A stretch of 46,038 nucleotides of DNA, taken from IMG/VR virus record IMGVR_UViG_3300000944_000005, positions 1 to 46,038 of that record; one strand, written 5' to 3'. Position numbers and translations under genes: made by a program. The stretch comes from a virus. This document shows positions 27,567-38,100 of this stretch, in pieces; position 1 is the first letter of the stretch; each line of letters begins with the position of its first letter. The notes under the pieces are model-generated. The model was not told the DNA's origin, made no database searches, and was given only the letters and a program-made list of their open reading frames with translations.

Positions 27567-27953
27567 CTACTGAAGTACGATACCAAAACCCATATACAAT
27601 TGCAGGAACACGTTACCTGCGGAGTCTTGGACTTGTGTTACCTGGTTACCTAAAGCTAGATGCAACCGTCTTAAAGGTTTACCACCTAGATCGTGCAACG
27701 ACCTCACACCTAACTGAAACGCAAAACCTAATGCGTCAACAGAGTCGTTCGGTGTCAGGTAAGGGAAGACAGGAATGTAGATGTCTTGCTCTTTTTTAAA
27801 CACACGCCAGTCTGGTGGGTTTTTGAAATCTACGGATTTGAACGGAACCATCCAATGTTCACTAGGATGACCACGTTTGATCACATCACCTAACTCTTTA
27901 TGCCCGCGAGCAACGCTCGTAGCGAGATCCAACTTTGAGTAAGTTAATTCCAT
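27567..27953 (-). CDS. hypothetical protein
   Basis: 128 aa ORF. Confidence 0.65.
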   Translation of the reverse strand: MELTYSKLDLATSVARGHKELGDVIKRGHPSEHWMVPFKSVDFKNPPDWRVFKKEQDIYIPVFPYLTPNDSVDALGFAFQLGVRSLHDLGGKPLRRLHLALGNQVTQVQDSAGNVFLQLYMGFGIVLQ

Positions 27954-27954
27954 A

Positions 27955-28710
27955 CTACAGCTCTATTATTCTGCTTTGTGAGGTAGGTGTTACTTTGAAG
28001 TCGTAACCTAGAGGACGTTGACTTGTACCGCGTCTCTCAGATTTACTTTCACGACCGTCATCAGAGGCGTTTATCTTAACACCTTTTCGAAATTGTTGAA
28101 GCCGTAGATCCTGTTGTAAGCATAACTCTCCGAGCAACGTATCACCACCGTTGTGATCCAATTCCGGCCACGGATAGTTGTATTTATACAATATCTCCGT
28201 TTTAATCGTCCACCATCCACCTGTGGCGAAACGAATCTTACGATTAGCTGGATCCTTCCCACCATACCAGGACTGCGTCTTCAACCAGTCCCGCTGGTTA
28301 CCTTGGAAGTCCATGGTATAGAGCGATCCAATCATATCGGCTCCGGTCATCGCGTGGTCCACTAACTGTAACCAGTACGGTTGTTGGTTAGTGGACCCAC
28401 GCTCATAACCTTCCAACCAGGAATCGTCGTCAAACCACATGAAGTAGTCTGTCTCGACTGGGGTAGCTCCGTGGATCATCTCGCGAAATAACGGGTACTT
28501 GTTAATGTTCTTAGGATATTCCCAAATGCATGAACTGGGTACCCACGATTTGACCCACTCACTCACACGAGGGGATACTTGATTAAGTCCCACGCGTAGA
28601 TTGAGATCAGTTGCTTTAACGGTTGCAGCAATCGATCGAAGACATCGTTCGGCTAGTTGTGGGTAATCACCATAGAGTAACACCCCTATGGTAAAACTAC
28701 CCACTTTCAC
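27955..28710 (-). CDS. glycosyltransferase, GT-A fold (GT2-like)
   Basis: ERCLRSI, DYFMWFDDDS (DxD), GGWW, GGDTLLG. Confidence 0.75.
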   Translation of the reverse strand: MKVGSFTIGVLLYGDYPQLAERCLRSIAATVKATDLNLRVGLNQVSPRVSEWVKSWVPSSCIWEYPKNINKYPLFREMIHGATPVETDYFMWFDDDSWLEGYERGSTNQQPYWLQLVDHAMTGADMIGSLYTMDFQGNQRDWLKTQSWYGGKDPANRKIRFATGGWWTIKTEILYKYNYPWPELDHNGGDTLLGELCLQQDLRLQQFRKGVKINASDDGRESKSERRGTSQRPLGYDFKVTPTSQSRIIEL

Positions 28711-29218
28711 TCCAAACGGTGATCAGTTTTATCGGTTCAGTTGTTCGCTCCAACATCAATGCTACGTCAGGGTTATGGACACTACCAGCAGCTACTTGCT
28801 CTAAGTAATGTACGAACGATGCTCTCGCACGTTCGTCTTTGAATGTAATACGTAAAGAGGGGTGAGTAATCGCATTACCTGTAGCCTCTTGTGGCATCAT
28901 TTCCAGTTCCCAACTGTCGTGACGGTTCATGATGAATACCGATAACAACCCTCCTGTGTCGTAACCAATTAACCAATTGTTATCAGACAAGTTTTTTTTG
29001 AGACCAAAGAAATGGACCACGTTAAGTGGAATACCGCTAATCGTTTGAATGACTTGCTTGGTCGGTATCCTCGGTATTTGCTTCCAAGTCTTGAAAGCTC
29101 CATCACCGCCTCCGAGCCTGACTTCACAGGCTTCAGTGGTTGGTTCGATTACAACAGGGTAATCACTAAGTACAGTACTCACGGTGTTATTTGCTCTTCT
29201 TTCTTTTAGGTCGATCAA
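28697..29218 (-). CDS. hypothetical protein
   Basis: 173 aa ORF; start uncertain. Confidence 0.6.
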   Translation of the reverse strand: MIDLKERRANNTVSTVLSDYPVVIEPTTEACEVRLGGGDGAFKTWKQIPRIPTKQVIQTISGIPLNVVHFFGLKKNLSDNNWLIGYDTGGLLSVFIMNRHDSWELEMMPQEATGNAITHPSLRITFKDERARASFVHYLEQVAAGSVHNPDVALMLERTTEPIKLITVWSESG

Positions 29219-30065
29219 GATTGATCGCTCGTTTCTCTTTTCTGGAACCAGACGTACCCTCTTGAGCAGCTGCCTCTAAGGTAGCTTCGATATGCTCACG
29301 AGCACGCTCCGCGCGACCCACGTTGTCTTGAGCAGAATCGGCGATCTGTTGCATGACTTCCTCAATCTCATGCAACTGTTCAACCATTTCTTCGGAGACA
29401 TCATCAGCTTCCAGTTCCATCAAGTTACCGAAAACTGACTCGTCGTCTGCGGCCCAAACACCTTCCTGTTTACCCATGAAAGCTTTCGCGACCGTGAGTA
29501 TCTGACGCACCTGGGCAGGTACAGTCTTAGGCATTTCGTGTTTACGACCGTGTCCGCCGGATCGTCCGGTCTTCTTCTGGATACGTTTGTGTAGTGCTGG
29601 TGGTTCCAGCATCTCTTCGACGGCCATCTCGGCGAACTCTGTCCGCTTCTTCTTGCTGTCGAGTGTTAGTAAGAAAGACACATGACCCCAGTGTAACCGG
29701 AATTCAGTATCCGTATGTCGCCAACTGATCAAGTCTTCGACTTCCTTATCATCGCACGTTCTTGCAAACGCAGCGGCTTTACGCAGCGTACGAGACTGTG
29801 TCGATAATGCCTGTTCGATCAGTTTCAATCCGGAGGTGCCGTCTTTACCCACGTATTCGTCTGCGTTCAGTCGCACCTCTTCGCAGAGTTTCCCGATCTG
29901 GTGGTAGTAACGTATATTCTCAGCACGTAGATCATTAACTTGTTTCTCGATAAGTCTGAACTTACGAGACAACTTATTGTTCATCTGGTCCAGTGCTTCT
30001 GTACGGACTTCCGCTACATCAGCTGCGCGTCGTTTCGCTTTTTCTCTAAGAGACTGCCGTCCCAT
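29187..30065 (-). CDS. DUF1016/YhcG N-terminal-like helical protein
   Basis: YYHQIGK...RTLRKAAAFA...LHWGHVSFLL...RTEF...LHKRI follows the DUF1016_N pattern; no PD-(D/E)XK domain seen. Confidence 0.55.
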   Translation of the reverse strand: MGRQSLREKAKRRAADVAEVRTEALDQMNNKLSRKFRLIEKQVNDLRAENIRYYHQIGKLCEEVRLNADEYVGKDGTSGLKLIEQALSTQSRTLRKAAAFARTCDDKEVEDLISWRHTDTEFRLHWGHVSFLLTLDSKKKRTEFAEMAVEEMLEPPALHKRIQKKTGRSGGHGRKHEMPKTVPAQVRQILTVAKAFMGKQEGVWAADDESVFGNLMELEADDVSEEMVEQLHEIEEVMQQIADSAQDNVGRAERAREHIEATLEAAAQEGTSGSRKEKRAINLDRPKRKKSK

Positions 30066-30073
30066 GCTTCACC

Positions 30074-31222
30074 TCAAAATTTGGTTGTTCCCGTCAATAA
30101 CTGGAACGCAGCTTTTTCAAGTTTCTCGCGTTTTTTAAACCCGAGTTTCCTGGCTGTGACCAACATAGTGACGAATAAATCTATTAATTTGCGTCCTGCG
30201 TATTTACGACTGGTCTCCATAACCAGTGTGTCTTCACCTTTATAACCGTTCGATAGTGCGTCCTGAAGAATCTCTTTACCATCTCGTTGAGCAACACCTG
30301 CGACCTGTAACGTAGCGATGATCTCTTTCATCCTATGCTCTTGTTCTTCTTTTTCCCACAGGGGTACAAAACCCAGGGACTGAACCAGCAAATTCTCTGC
30401 ACCTGCCTTTAACTCAGTAACTGGGAATTCTACCTTTGCGACTTTTGTGAACATTTGCCCTAGGCGTAAATGGAAATTCTTTCCGGAGTGTTTTAGCTTA
30501 TCTCCATGTTTCTTAAAATCACCAAGACATATACCGAATGGGGTAAAGACTGCGATCGTACCTTGTACAGCGTTACCTGTAGCTTCACCATTTGTAAAGT
30601 AATAACCTTTGTGAAAAGGCCGGTCAACGCCGTCAACATTGATAGTGAACATTGGTTGTTCGTCACGGAACCATAGGGTTACTCGTCGACCGACTACCAA
30701 AGCCCCATACAGATCAACTCCTGGGTGATCCAACGATAAGATATCACAAGCTTCGTTGAATAATGCGTAGTTCTCTAGGTAAGTGTATTTCCGACTGATG
30801 ATTCCTTCGATCAACTGCTCGTGCCTATTACGTACAAGGCGGTAAGCATTCAGTCGGTGGAACCTTTTACGGATTATCTCATTCCACACACCTACGGCCT
30901 TAGCTCCGTCAATGTCGCTACCACCACGATTGTGATCAGAAAGAATTGTCCCGGACAAGTCACTAATGAAAGTACTTAGTCCGGGACAAATGTGAGAAGC
31001 GATTTGTTTAAACGCACCTTCAGTGAAACGACAACCTGTATTCAAAGTTGATCCGTCTAGTGCCAAACAGATATCGTCCGCGTCTTCCAGACCTTCATGG
31101 TCTGTCTGTGAATCAATATCGCGAAGATTTTTGGCGAGTAGGGCTTTATCATCCTTCGAGTAACGATGTACCTTCGGGTAAACAAAGAATTTAACCTGTT
31201 GGTTGTTTAATGATTCGCCCAT
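30074..31222 (-). CDS. DUF932-like phage protein
   Basis: ISRKYTYLEN...GYYFTNGEATG...KHSG pattern. Confidence 0.45.
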   Translation of the reverse strand: MGESLNNQQVKFFVYPKVHRYSKDDKALLAKNLRDIDSQTDHEGLEDADDICLALDGSTLNTGCRFTEGAFKQIASHICPGLSTFISDLSGTILSDHNRGGSDIDGAKAVGVWNEIIRKRFHRLNAYRLVRNRHEQLIEGIISRKYTYLENYALFNEACDILSLDHPGVDLYGALVVGRRVTLWFRDEQPMFTINVDGVDRPFHKGYYFTNGEATGNAVQGTIAVFTPFGICLGDFKKHGDKLKHSGKNFHLRLGQMFTKVAKVEFPVTELKAGAENLLVQSLGFVPLWEKEEQEHRMKEIIATLQVAGVAQRDGKEILQDALSNGYKGEDTLVMETSRKYAGRKLIDLFVTMLVTARKLGFKKREKLEKAAFQLLTGTTKF

Positions 31223-31800
31223 TCGGTACCTACCGTCTGCATAAAGCTTTTGAAAGATTCAAGCACAGCTACGATACCAGACTTACCCACCGGGAAAGTT
31301 GTACGCGGCCATGGTTGATCTGCCCTAAGCTCTGCGTCTGGTATTCCAGTACCGACCTGTGTCGGTTGATTGTGCAGCACCATTAGAAAGGCATCACGTG
31401 CATGAGGCAAGTTGAAAATCAAAGCAGCTCGCTCATTATGGAGATCGATATTCTCAGCCTCTGTACGTTCCTCGTACTCTTTCCACCAAGGTAGCTTCTT
31501 GAATCCACCCTGGCCGTAAAGATCAGCAAGTGTGGCTTTATGGGTATAAGCCATCTTTTGGGAAAGTAAGTGTACAGGGAAACCATACTCTTCTACGAGC
31601 CAATAAAAACTTAAATCGGTGGATCCGTATTTTACCTTGGCCTCTGCCTTGACCACACCAAGGGGCGGCAGCTTCACTCCAGCGTATCGCAACAACTGTT
31701 TAACGATACGTTCCTGGAATGCTGCTTGTTGCCGTAATCGGGTGTCCGCCTCAGATCGCTTCTGGTAGTGCTGGAAGAAGTCGTTGACGTCGTTACTCAT
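31207..31800 (-). CDS. hypothetical protein
   Basis: Start reassigned to MSNDVN, coupled to the recA stop. Confidence 0.65.
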   Translation of the reverse strand: MSNDVNDFFQHYQKRSEADTRLRQQAAFQERIVKQLLRYAGVKLPPLGVVKAEAKVKYGSTDLSFYWLVEEYGFPVHLLSQKMAYTHKATLADLYGQGGFKKLPWWKEYEERTEAENIDLHNERAALIFNLPHARDAFLMVLHNQPTQVGTGIPDAELRADQPWPRTTFPVGKSGIVAVLESFKSFMQTVGTEWANH

Positions 31801-33190
31801 GTACGCCCGCGGCCTCCGCACGTGCTTCACTGGTAACCCCACCATGCTCTTCCGGAGCCATATCCCCATCCTGAGTCAATGCATCACCGACAGTAGGCAT
31901 ACCTTCGACATCAGCGTACAGGTCCTGCCCTTGTTCCTGTGCCGCCTCTTTGGCGGTCTTCAATAAGTCCCGGTAATCAACACCTGGTTTAAATGGAGCT
32001 CGGCATGAGATACCTAGGATCTTATAAACCTCGCTGAGTACATCAGGTCTTGCTTCCAAGGCCCCAGCGACGTGCCGATACAACTGCGGGTCACTCTTAG
32101 GGATACCCAGAATATCTGAATAAGCTAAGCGTTGTGCCTTGGATGAAACGGTGATACCCGTAACTTCCTTCAGCTGATTGAAGACTGTCTTCTTACCGCT
32201 GATGTTTTCGAACGATGCAAGTAGTTCGATAGTCGCCGTGTCCCAGTCCCAGGCCGTCTCTTGGCGGAAACCACCATTACCGTCATCGACGTACCACCAA
32301 AGTAATTCGGCAGTAATCGACTTACGGCTTGGTCCGATCGAGTTCTTACGCGCGGTGAACTTCAGTCGCAAACCACCATAATCCAGTTTGTCGATATCAT
32401 GTTTACCGTAAGCCTTCTTCATTTCGACTTCAAACGTCTCCATGAATTTAACGGCCTTACCCCCAGGGATGTTGTTAACAGGTAATCCCCGTAGGTCAGT
32501 CGTCGGTTTCAAGTGGTTAGTACCGACAACAGTAAACGGGTACTCTTTCAACATGCTAGGCATAGTTCGCATGTATCTTGCGATCAAGTTAGCTGCAAGT
32601 GCGTAACCACGCTTCGCATGTCCGTCCTTGTTAACTGAATCGATCTCAGCTTGTGGTGCGGTCGCCATCAACGAATCACAGGCAATACACATTGGTACTG
32701 TTCGCCCTGGTCCGCCTTTCGCGTCCATCATCTTCTTAGCTGTCTGAACAAACGTGGTGAATACGCTTTGCCACGCCTCTAATGAATCGGTAGGTTTTAC
32801 AACCATCCGCTTCAAGAACTGTTCCTGCCACTTAAGAATTGAGTGACGAAGTACTGGTGAGTCTTTGTTCTCATTCTCTGCGAGAATAGCCCCGCCACCA
32901 TAAACCATGTGCCAACGAAATACCTCATAAAGAAACGCTGACTTTGCTGACCCCTCTTCACCGGTGATCTGCATGATCCGACTTAGTGGGAAAGTTGAAC
33001 TTTGAAAAAGGTAGCGTAAACAAAGTGCAGGTAACGGAAGACCTACATGATTTGCATCAATCTCCGAACCTACCGATATATCGCCACCGAGTTCTTGTTG
33101 TGCTGTTGTTCGCATCGAACTGAACATACCATCCAACGCAGCGTCACGTTGATCACCAGTCCACGGACTTGACTTCTTACGTTTGGCCAT
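31793..33190 (-). CDS. recA: RecA/UvsX-like recombinase
   Basis: FPLSRIMQITGEEGSAKS, ENE, IACDSL, TNHLK, PGGKAVKF, KNSIGP. Confidence 0.88.
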   Translation of the reverse strand: MAKRKKSSPWTGDQRDAALDGMFSSMRTTAQQELGGDISVGSEIDANHVGLPLPALCLRYLFQSSTFPLSRIMQITGEEGSAKSAFLYEVFRWHMVYGGGAILAENENKDSPVLRHSILKWQEQFLKRMVVKPTDSLEAWQSVFTTFVQTAKKMMDAKGGPGRTVPMCIACDSLMATAPQAEIDSVNKDGHAKRGYALAANLIARYMRTMPSMLKEYPFTVVGTNHLKPTTDLRGLPVNNIPGGKAVKFMETFEVEMKKAYGKHDIDKLDYGGLRLKFTARKNSIGPSRKSITAELLWWYVDDGNGGFRQETAWDWDTATIELLASFENISGKKTVFNQLKEVTGITVSSKAQRLAYSDILGIPKSDPQLYRHVAGALEARPDVLSEVYKILGISCRAPFKPGVDYRDLLKTAKEAAQEQGQDLYADVEGMPTVGDALTQDGDMAPEEHGGVTSEARAEAAGVHE

Positions 33191-33211
33191 TTGTACCCTT
33201 CATATAAACGG

Positions 33212-33245
33212 AAAAACCCGGCCGGGATTCGGCCCCGACCGGGTT
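33212..33245 (-). terminator. intrinsic terminator-like hairpin
   Basis: AACCCGGUCGGG/CCCGGCCGGGUU stem followed by UUU on the minus strand. Confidence 0.65.
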
Positions 33246-33283
33246 CATTATTGTAACTCAAACGGGTTCACCTAAGTAGGTTA

Positions 33284-35053
33284 CTAACCGTTGGTTTGAC
33301 CACCCTGACCAAAGGCACCTTGAGCTGCTGCCAATGCAGCGGCTGCTCGACCTTGCGGTTGATTAGGTGCTGGTGGTGGATTATCTGTAGTTTGCTGCTG
33401 TGGGGCAGCTTGCTGCTGTGGGGCAGCTTGCTGCGGTGCCACCTGTTGAGGTGGTGCCACCTGTTGAGGTGGTGCCGCCTGTTGAGGTGGTGCCGCCTGT
33501 TGAGGTGGTGCCGCCTGTTGCGTCGCGAAACCTCCCGGTGTTTGACCCATACCGACTTGTTGTGTCGTTTGAGGCATTTGGGTAGTTTGCTGACCTTGTG
33601 TACCAGGAGGGATCGCAGTGTTCCCAGTTTGCATAAACGCCATATCCTGCCCTGCGGTCGCCTCAGTCACTGGAGGTGTCTGAGTTTGAACCGGTGGGGT
33701 TTGTTGCGTCTGCGGCGGTACCTGTTGTTGTTGCGTAGGTTGACCAAACGCAGCTTGCGGGCTTGTAGTAACCGGAGGGTTCACAGGACCAGTTCGTTGC
33801 TCATGTGCCGGTGCTGTAGCAGGTTGCTGTTGCTGCGGCGGTGCACCTTGTTGACCAAAAGGATTAGTCTGTGGTTGTTGCCCTTGTTGTCCTTGAGGTT
33901 GGTTAATCGTAGGTTGTCCACCAAACACTTGCTGCTGCCCACCAAAGGCTTGCTGCTGTGTTTGCTGACCTTGTTGATTCCAACCATTCCCTGGGACTGC
34001 TATCTGGCTACCAGCGTTAGCTGCAGCTCGTACGGTGTCAGGAATCCACTGTGGGTGGTTCTGCCACGCGTAATTGATAACTGCTGCCGGAAACTTTGTA
34101 GCCAGAATCTCTGCTTGTTCTTGTGGTGTTGGAAAGTTCAGGATCTCATCCCAAGGTTGTACCTTAGCACGGACGTTCGCGGCCGTCTCTTGCATGTTCG
34201 CAGGCATGCCGTTGAAGAATGGTTCCAAGAAACAACCAAAACCAATAGGTTGGTTACCACCACCGCTCTGGTTAGTTTGTACGGCCTGGTTCCAACCACC
34301 TTGAGCTTGGTTAACCCGATTTCGCGGATCACCATCCTGCAGGCGATAGAAAGTAACAAACCGACCGTTCTCCAAAGCAACAGGGTCACCATGCTCGAAC
34401 ATCTGTTCCCAGTCATGATCGTGTTGTGGTTGTCCGTCAGTTTTAGGTTTAGCCAACTCAGCTAGGAAAGCCTGACCAGCGTTAGACGACATTTCCAGTA
34501 CGACTGGTTTATCATCTGCGCCGATACCACGAGGTGGACTATAGGCTTCGGTACCGTGCATCATGATGCAACCTTGTACCAGATAAATTTGAGACGGCCG
34601 AGGAAGTTGAGCCCCACGACTACGACCACCACGAAGTAACGCAGCCCAACCTTGTTGATCTTGACCGTTAGCTACAGCTCGGTCGATTGCGTTGTACAGC
34701 ACATGTGCCGGAGAGTTGTTAGTATCCAGCGGTCCGTTCGCTGGGTCGTGAATGATCATGGTTACACCAGGATCACCAAAATTACGAACAGCGTCATAAC
34801 GACGAATCCAGTCGCCGAATTGGATACCGTCCGCAGAAAAGCGATACGGGTCCCAGGCTTCTGGGTTTTCTGGATTCAATTGCGGGAAGATACGAATGGT
34901 AGTTACACCATCGCCCCACTTACAGTTCCAGTGGGAAGCAAGATTGTTCTTGATGACATGTTTGCCCTCTCGAACACCTTGGGTTGAGTGACCGTGGTCA
35001 CCGAAAGAATAACGGCGTCCGCCGCGTTGTCGAAGACTTGCGTCGCGTGTCAT
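33284..35053 (-). CDS. putative single-stranded DNA-binding protein with Q/P-rich disordered tail
   Basis: Lies between the polymerase and recA; gp32-like TTIRIFP strand; ~240 aa low-complexity C-terminus. Confidence 0.5.
   Translation of the reverse strand: MTRDASLRQRGGRRYSFGDHGHSTQGVREGKHVIKNNLASHWNCKWGDGVTTIRIFPQLNPENPEAWDPYRFSADGIQFGDWIRRYDAVRNFGDPGVTMIIHDPANGPLDTNNSPAHVLYNAIDRAVANGQDQQGWAALLRGGRSRGAQLPRPSQIYLVQGCIMMHGTEAYSPPRGIGADDKPVVLEMSSNAGQAFLAELAKPKTDGQPQHDHDWEQMFEHGDPVALENGRFVTFYRLQDGDPRNRVNQAQGGWNQAVQTNQSGGGNQPIGFGCFLEPFFNGMPANMQETAANVRAKVQPWDEILNFPTPQEQAEILATKFPAAVINYAWQNHPQWIPDTVRAAANAGSQIAVPGNGWNQQGQQTQQQAFGGQQQVFGGQPTINQPQGQQGQQPQTNPFGQQGAPPQQQQPATAPAHEQRTGPVNPPVTTSPQAAFGQPTQQQQVPPQTQQTPPVQTQTPPVTEATAGQDMAFMQTGNTAIPPGTQGQQTTQMPQTTQQVGMGQTPGGFATQQAAPPQQAAPPQQAAPPQQVAPPQQVAPQQAAPQQQAAPQQQTTDNPPPAPNQPQGRAAAALAAAQGAFGQGGQTNG
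33392..33520. repeat. coding tandem repeats (QQAAPP/QQVAPP, mostly 18-nt units)
   Basis: cctgttgaggtggtgcc(a/g) x4-5 and gctgctgtggggcagctt x2. Confidence 0.9.
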
Positions 35054-35075
35054 AATAAGTTTCCTCTACATTGTT

Positions 35076-35150
35076 GTGGTCTGCGGGGCTCTTCCCCATA
35101 ACGACCGAAATTACAAAAACATCTGCGGGGTAATTCCCCATAACGATGTG
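35076..35150 (-). promoter_or_regulatory. twin structured hairpin motif in the leader of the putative SSB gene
   Basis: Two copies of GUUAU-GGGG-N5-CCCC-GCA, 42 nt apart, closed by different but complementary outer stems. Confidence 0.65.
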
Positions 35151-35194
35151 ACGTCGGGTATTGTACTGGCCTCCATGTCCAATACAACCCTTAA

Positions 35195-38100
35195 CTAAAT
35201 AAGATCCAACGGGATCCCAAGTGCGTTTGCTTGATCTTCCTTAATGTCCTCTCCCCAGTTGATTTGCACGTCGCTGTCGATGCCGAAGAAATAAGGCTGT
35301 TCGACTGTCATCGGGACGTTGTCAAGACGTCGCGGATAGATCGGAACCTGTTCAACCATGCATTGGTGCAAACAATTATCAAGGAACATTCGAAGTTCAG
35401 GAATCGGTACTAGAAACAATAACGCGTCATGAATTTGGAGCGCCAACTTATAGTGGTACTCTGGATTCACTCGACGAAATTGCATGAAGTTGTAAGTAGC
35501 CGTCCACACGGCATCTGCTACAGTGTTTTGAATCGGGAAGTTCTGAGCTTGACGCTCTTGCTCTCCAACTACACTGCGGTCACGGGTAGCGATGAATCGA
35601 CGGAAACGTCCGAACGATCCAGCAATCCACTTCTGATCTTGTGATCGTGAGCGGCAGTCTGCTAAGAAACTTGCAGTACCAGGATATTGTGCGAAGTACG
35701 CATCAATCATTTTCTCACAGTCTGCGACCGAAACCTCGGTTCCTTCCTCCTTACATTGGGGCCGTAAGGAATACCAAAGTTCACGTTCTTCGCTGCAACG
35801 CGTAACGGTGCGTAACCTGCTTCTTTCAAACCACGTTTGGTTGCTGGACAAGAAAGCTGGAAAGCGTTTACCGCACGGTTAGAGTGGATATCAAAATGAT
35901 CCGGGTGTGATTCCGGTAATGCGTTACGGCGGACATGTTCGATCATTGTCGGATCGTTAGCCAACCATGCGATCACTGCGAGTTCCGCACCTGTGTAATC
36001 AGCCTCCACCAGTACGTAACCTGGTGGTGCCCGAAAGATAGTTCTAATGGGTGAACGGTAACGCGCGGCCGGGAAGATGTTAGTGTAGTCACCATTGACC
36101 GTAACGATACCACTATCTTGAGTTTTCTCTGTACCCATAATTCGAGAGTAGTCACCCTCTCGACGTTTTGAGATATTCTGTAACGGTGGTCGAGAACTGG
36201 AACCACGTCCGGTCTCTTTGTTCTGACTCAAGTGAGTGTGGACGTTACCGTCAAACTGAGCTGCGGAAGCTAGACCTTTTTTGTAGACAAAGTGCCCGCC
36301 ATCTCGTTTGAATTGTCCGTTCTCGTCTTCTTCTGGTCGACGTAACGGCCCCTTCAATACCTGGCCGATGAACTTCAAGTCACGCAGTTGCATCGCCAAC
36401 GGGTTATGGTGACCGACGATACCCAGTACTTCTTTATCCGTACTCGGTGTATAGATCCGTTGCTCACCACGCTTAACTACATCAACCCACAACCGTGAAC
36501 GTTTACCCGTAGTCTTTACAGGCATCAAGTTCAACGATACCGCTTCGGGTGGTTTGATTAAGACAGTGGTATTTGTCTTCTTATCATGCTTAAAAGCATA
36601 ATCGTCACCAAAGAGGAAAGCCACGCACTGCTTGTTAGAGTTAGGGTTGAACGACTCCCAGTTAATTGCCCTACGGAAACTGTGCAGTAACTCTTCGTAA
36701 ACAGTCATGAACAGTGTTGTCAACTCATCCACCCGATCCTTGTCGATCATCAACCCAGTCATTTCCATCTCTAACACACCAAGACTAGCTCGATGCGATC
36801 GCCAAAATGGTTCCCAACTCTGGTTACCGTACCAATCACTGTCCAACAAACCACCATCTTGTAAGTGGCGGATAGCGATACGTCGCGTCACGTCAGCATC
36901 ATACTGAGCGTAGTTGTCTCCCCACTCAGGATCAGTAGGTTCCGGGTGCAATAACCAGTCTGGTAGAAACCCGAAACCTTCCAGGTCATCTTTCTTCAGA
37001 TCATTGTCTTTACAGTAGTCGGTAATGTGCTGCTTCAATCTCGCGTCGTATACCGGTGCACGTGTGAGGCGTACCGTCATATCAGTCAAACGATAACTTG
37101 CCGTCTCATTAACCGCGTGATACATCAAACCAGTATCCCAACCACCTTCATACCGACACATTGTGTGATCATCTGGTGGAGCGTACTCTTCACGAATGTC
37201 GATACCAGCATGAATCAACCACGGCAAGTCAGCACGTAGGAAGTGCCCTCCAGGTCTAGGATAATAACCGGCGTCCGCATCAGTTTTTAATAACCGATTC
37301 AACTCAACGATCGCGTCCGATATAGCAGGTTTAAACGCAGGAGTACCACCTTGGTGACGTAACACCACACAATACGCTTCTCCGTGGGCAGTACTGAATT
37401 GTACCGTCCTTAAGTAAGAGCCTTCATTACCTGGGTACTCCCCTTCCCACTCACCATCTACCGCGATGATGCGACGACCAGGATTAGGGTCGTTACGTAT
37501 CTCGTCCACGATACGTTTCAGATGCCTCGCCTTGTACACGTTCACGTGCTTGATGAAACGTTCACGTTGTCCAATCTCTGCACCGTTGGTGAGGCTGATG
37601 AACTGTGCAAGTTGTGCCTGGAACTCGGGGTACATCTCAGGAGTACGGAGTACGGCTGCAGGGTGAGTTGCCGCCATGACCTTGATCGTGTGGTACATCG
37701 GTTCTTCCCCACGCTCATGCACAGGGATGACTACATTCTGTACGCGACCAGTCATAGACTGCACACCAAACTGCGTACCCAGTAAGTGCTTCGACGCGTC
37801 CGAACCTAAGCACAGTAAGTAGTCTGGTTTCACCAACCGCAACGTTTGTTGTAGTAGGATAGCCGCTTCATTCTTCTGGGCTACAGGTAACGTAGACGCT
37901 TGATCGTCTAACTGCGGCCACGGTACCAAATTGGTAATGTAGAACTCTTCGCGATCTTCAACACCCAGTTCGTCTAAAGCATCTAAAAGGATTTGAGATG
38001 CCGGCCCTACAAAGTTACGCTTTTGCTCGACCTCAGGTGCTCCTGGCATCTTACTCAGGATCATTACTTTAGCTGGGCGGGGTCCGCCGTTAAATCCTTC

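Noticed and set aside
32930-32965. Non-canonical RecA Walker A (GEEGSAKS) as a sign of inactivation
   Set aside because: The catalytic lysine-serine, ENE glutamate and Walker B aspartate are retained; a single substitution is not enough evidence.
33392-33520. Tandem repeats as a possible CRISPR or guide array
   Set aside because: Unit lengths are multiples of 3, there are no unique spacers, and the repeats encode QQAAPP inside a CDS.
33296-34465. 389 aa plus-strand ORF with LLRWCR repeats
   Set aside because: Antisense shadow of the Q/P-rich repeat region of the minus-strand gene; implausible composition.
35080-35146. Two 25-nt direct repeats as a mini-CRISPR
   Set aside because: Only two copies with a 17-nt gap, and the flanks pair around each repeat; better explained as twin hairpins.
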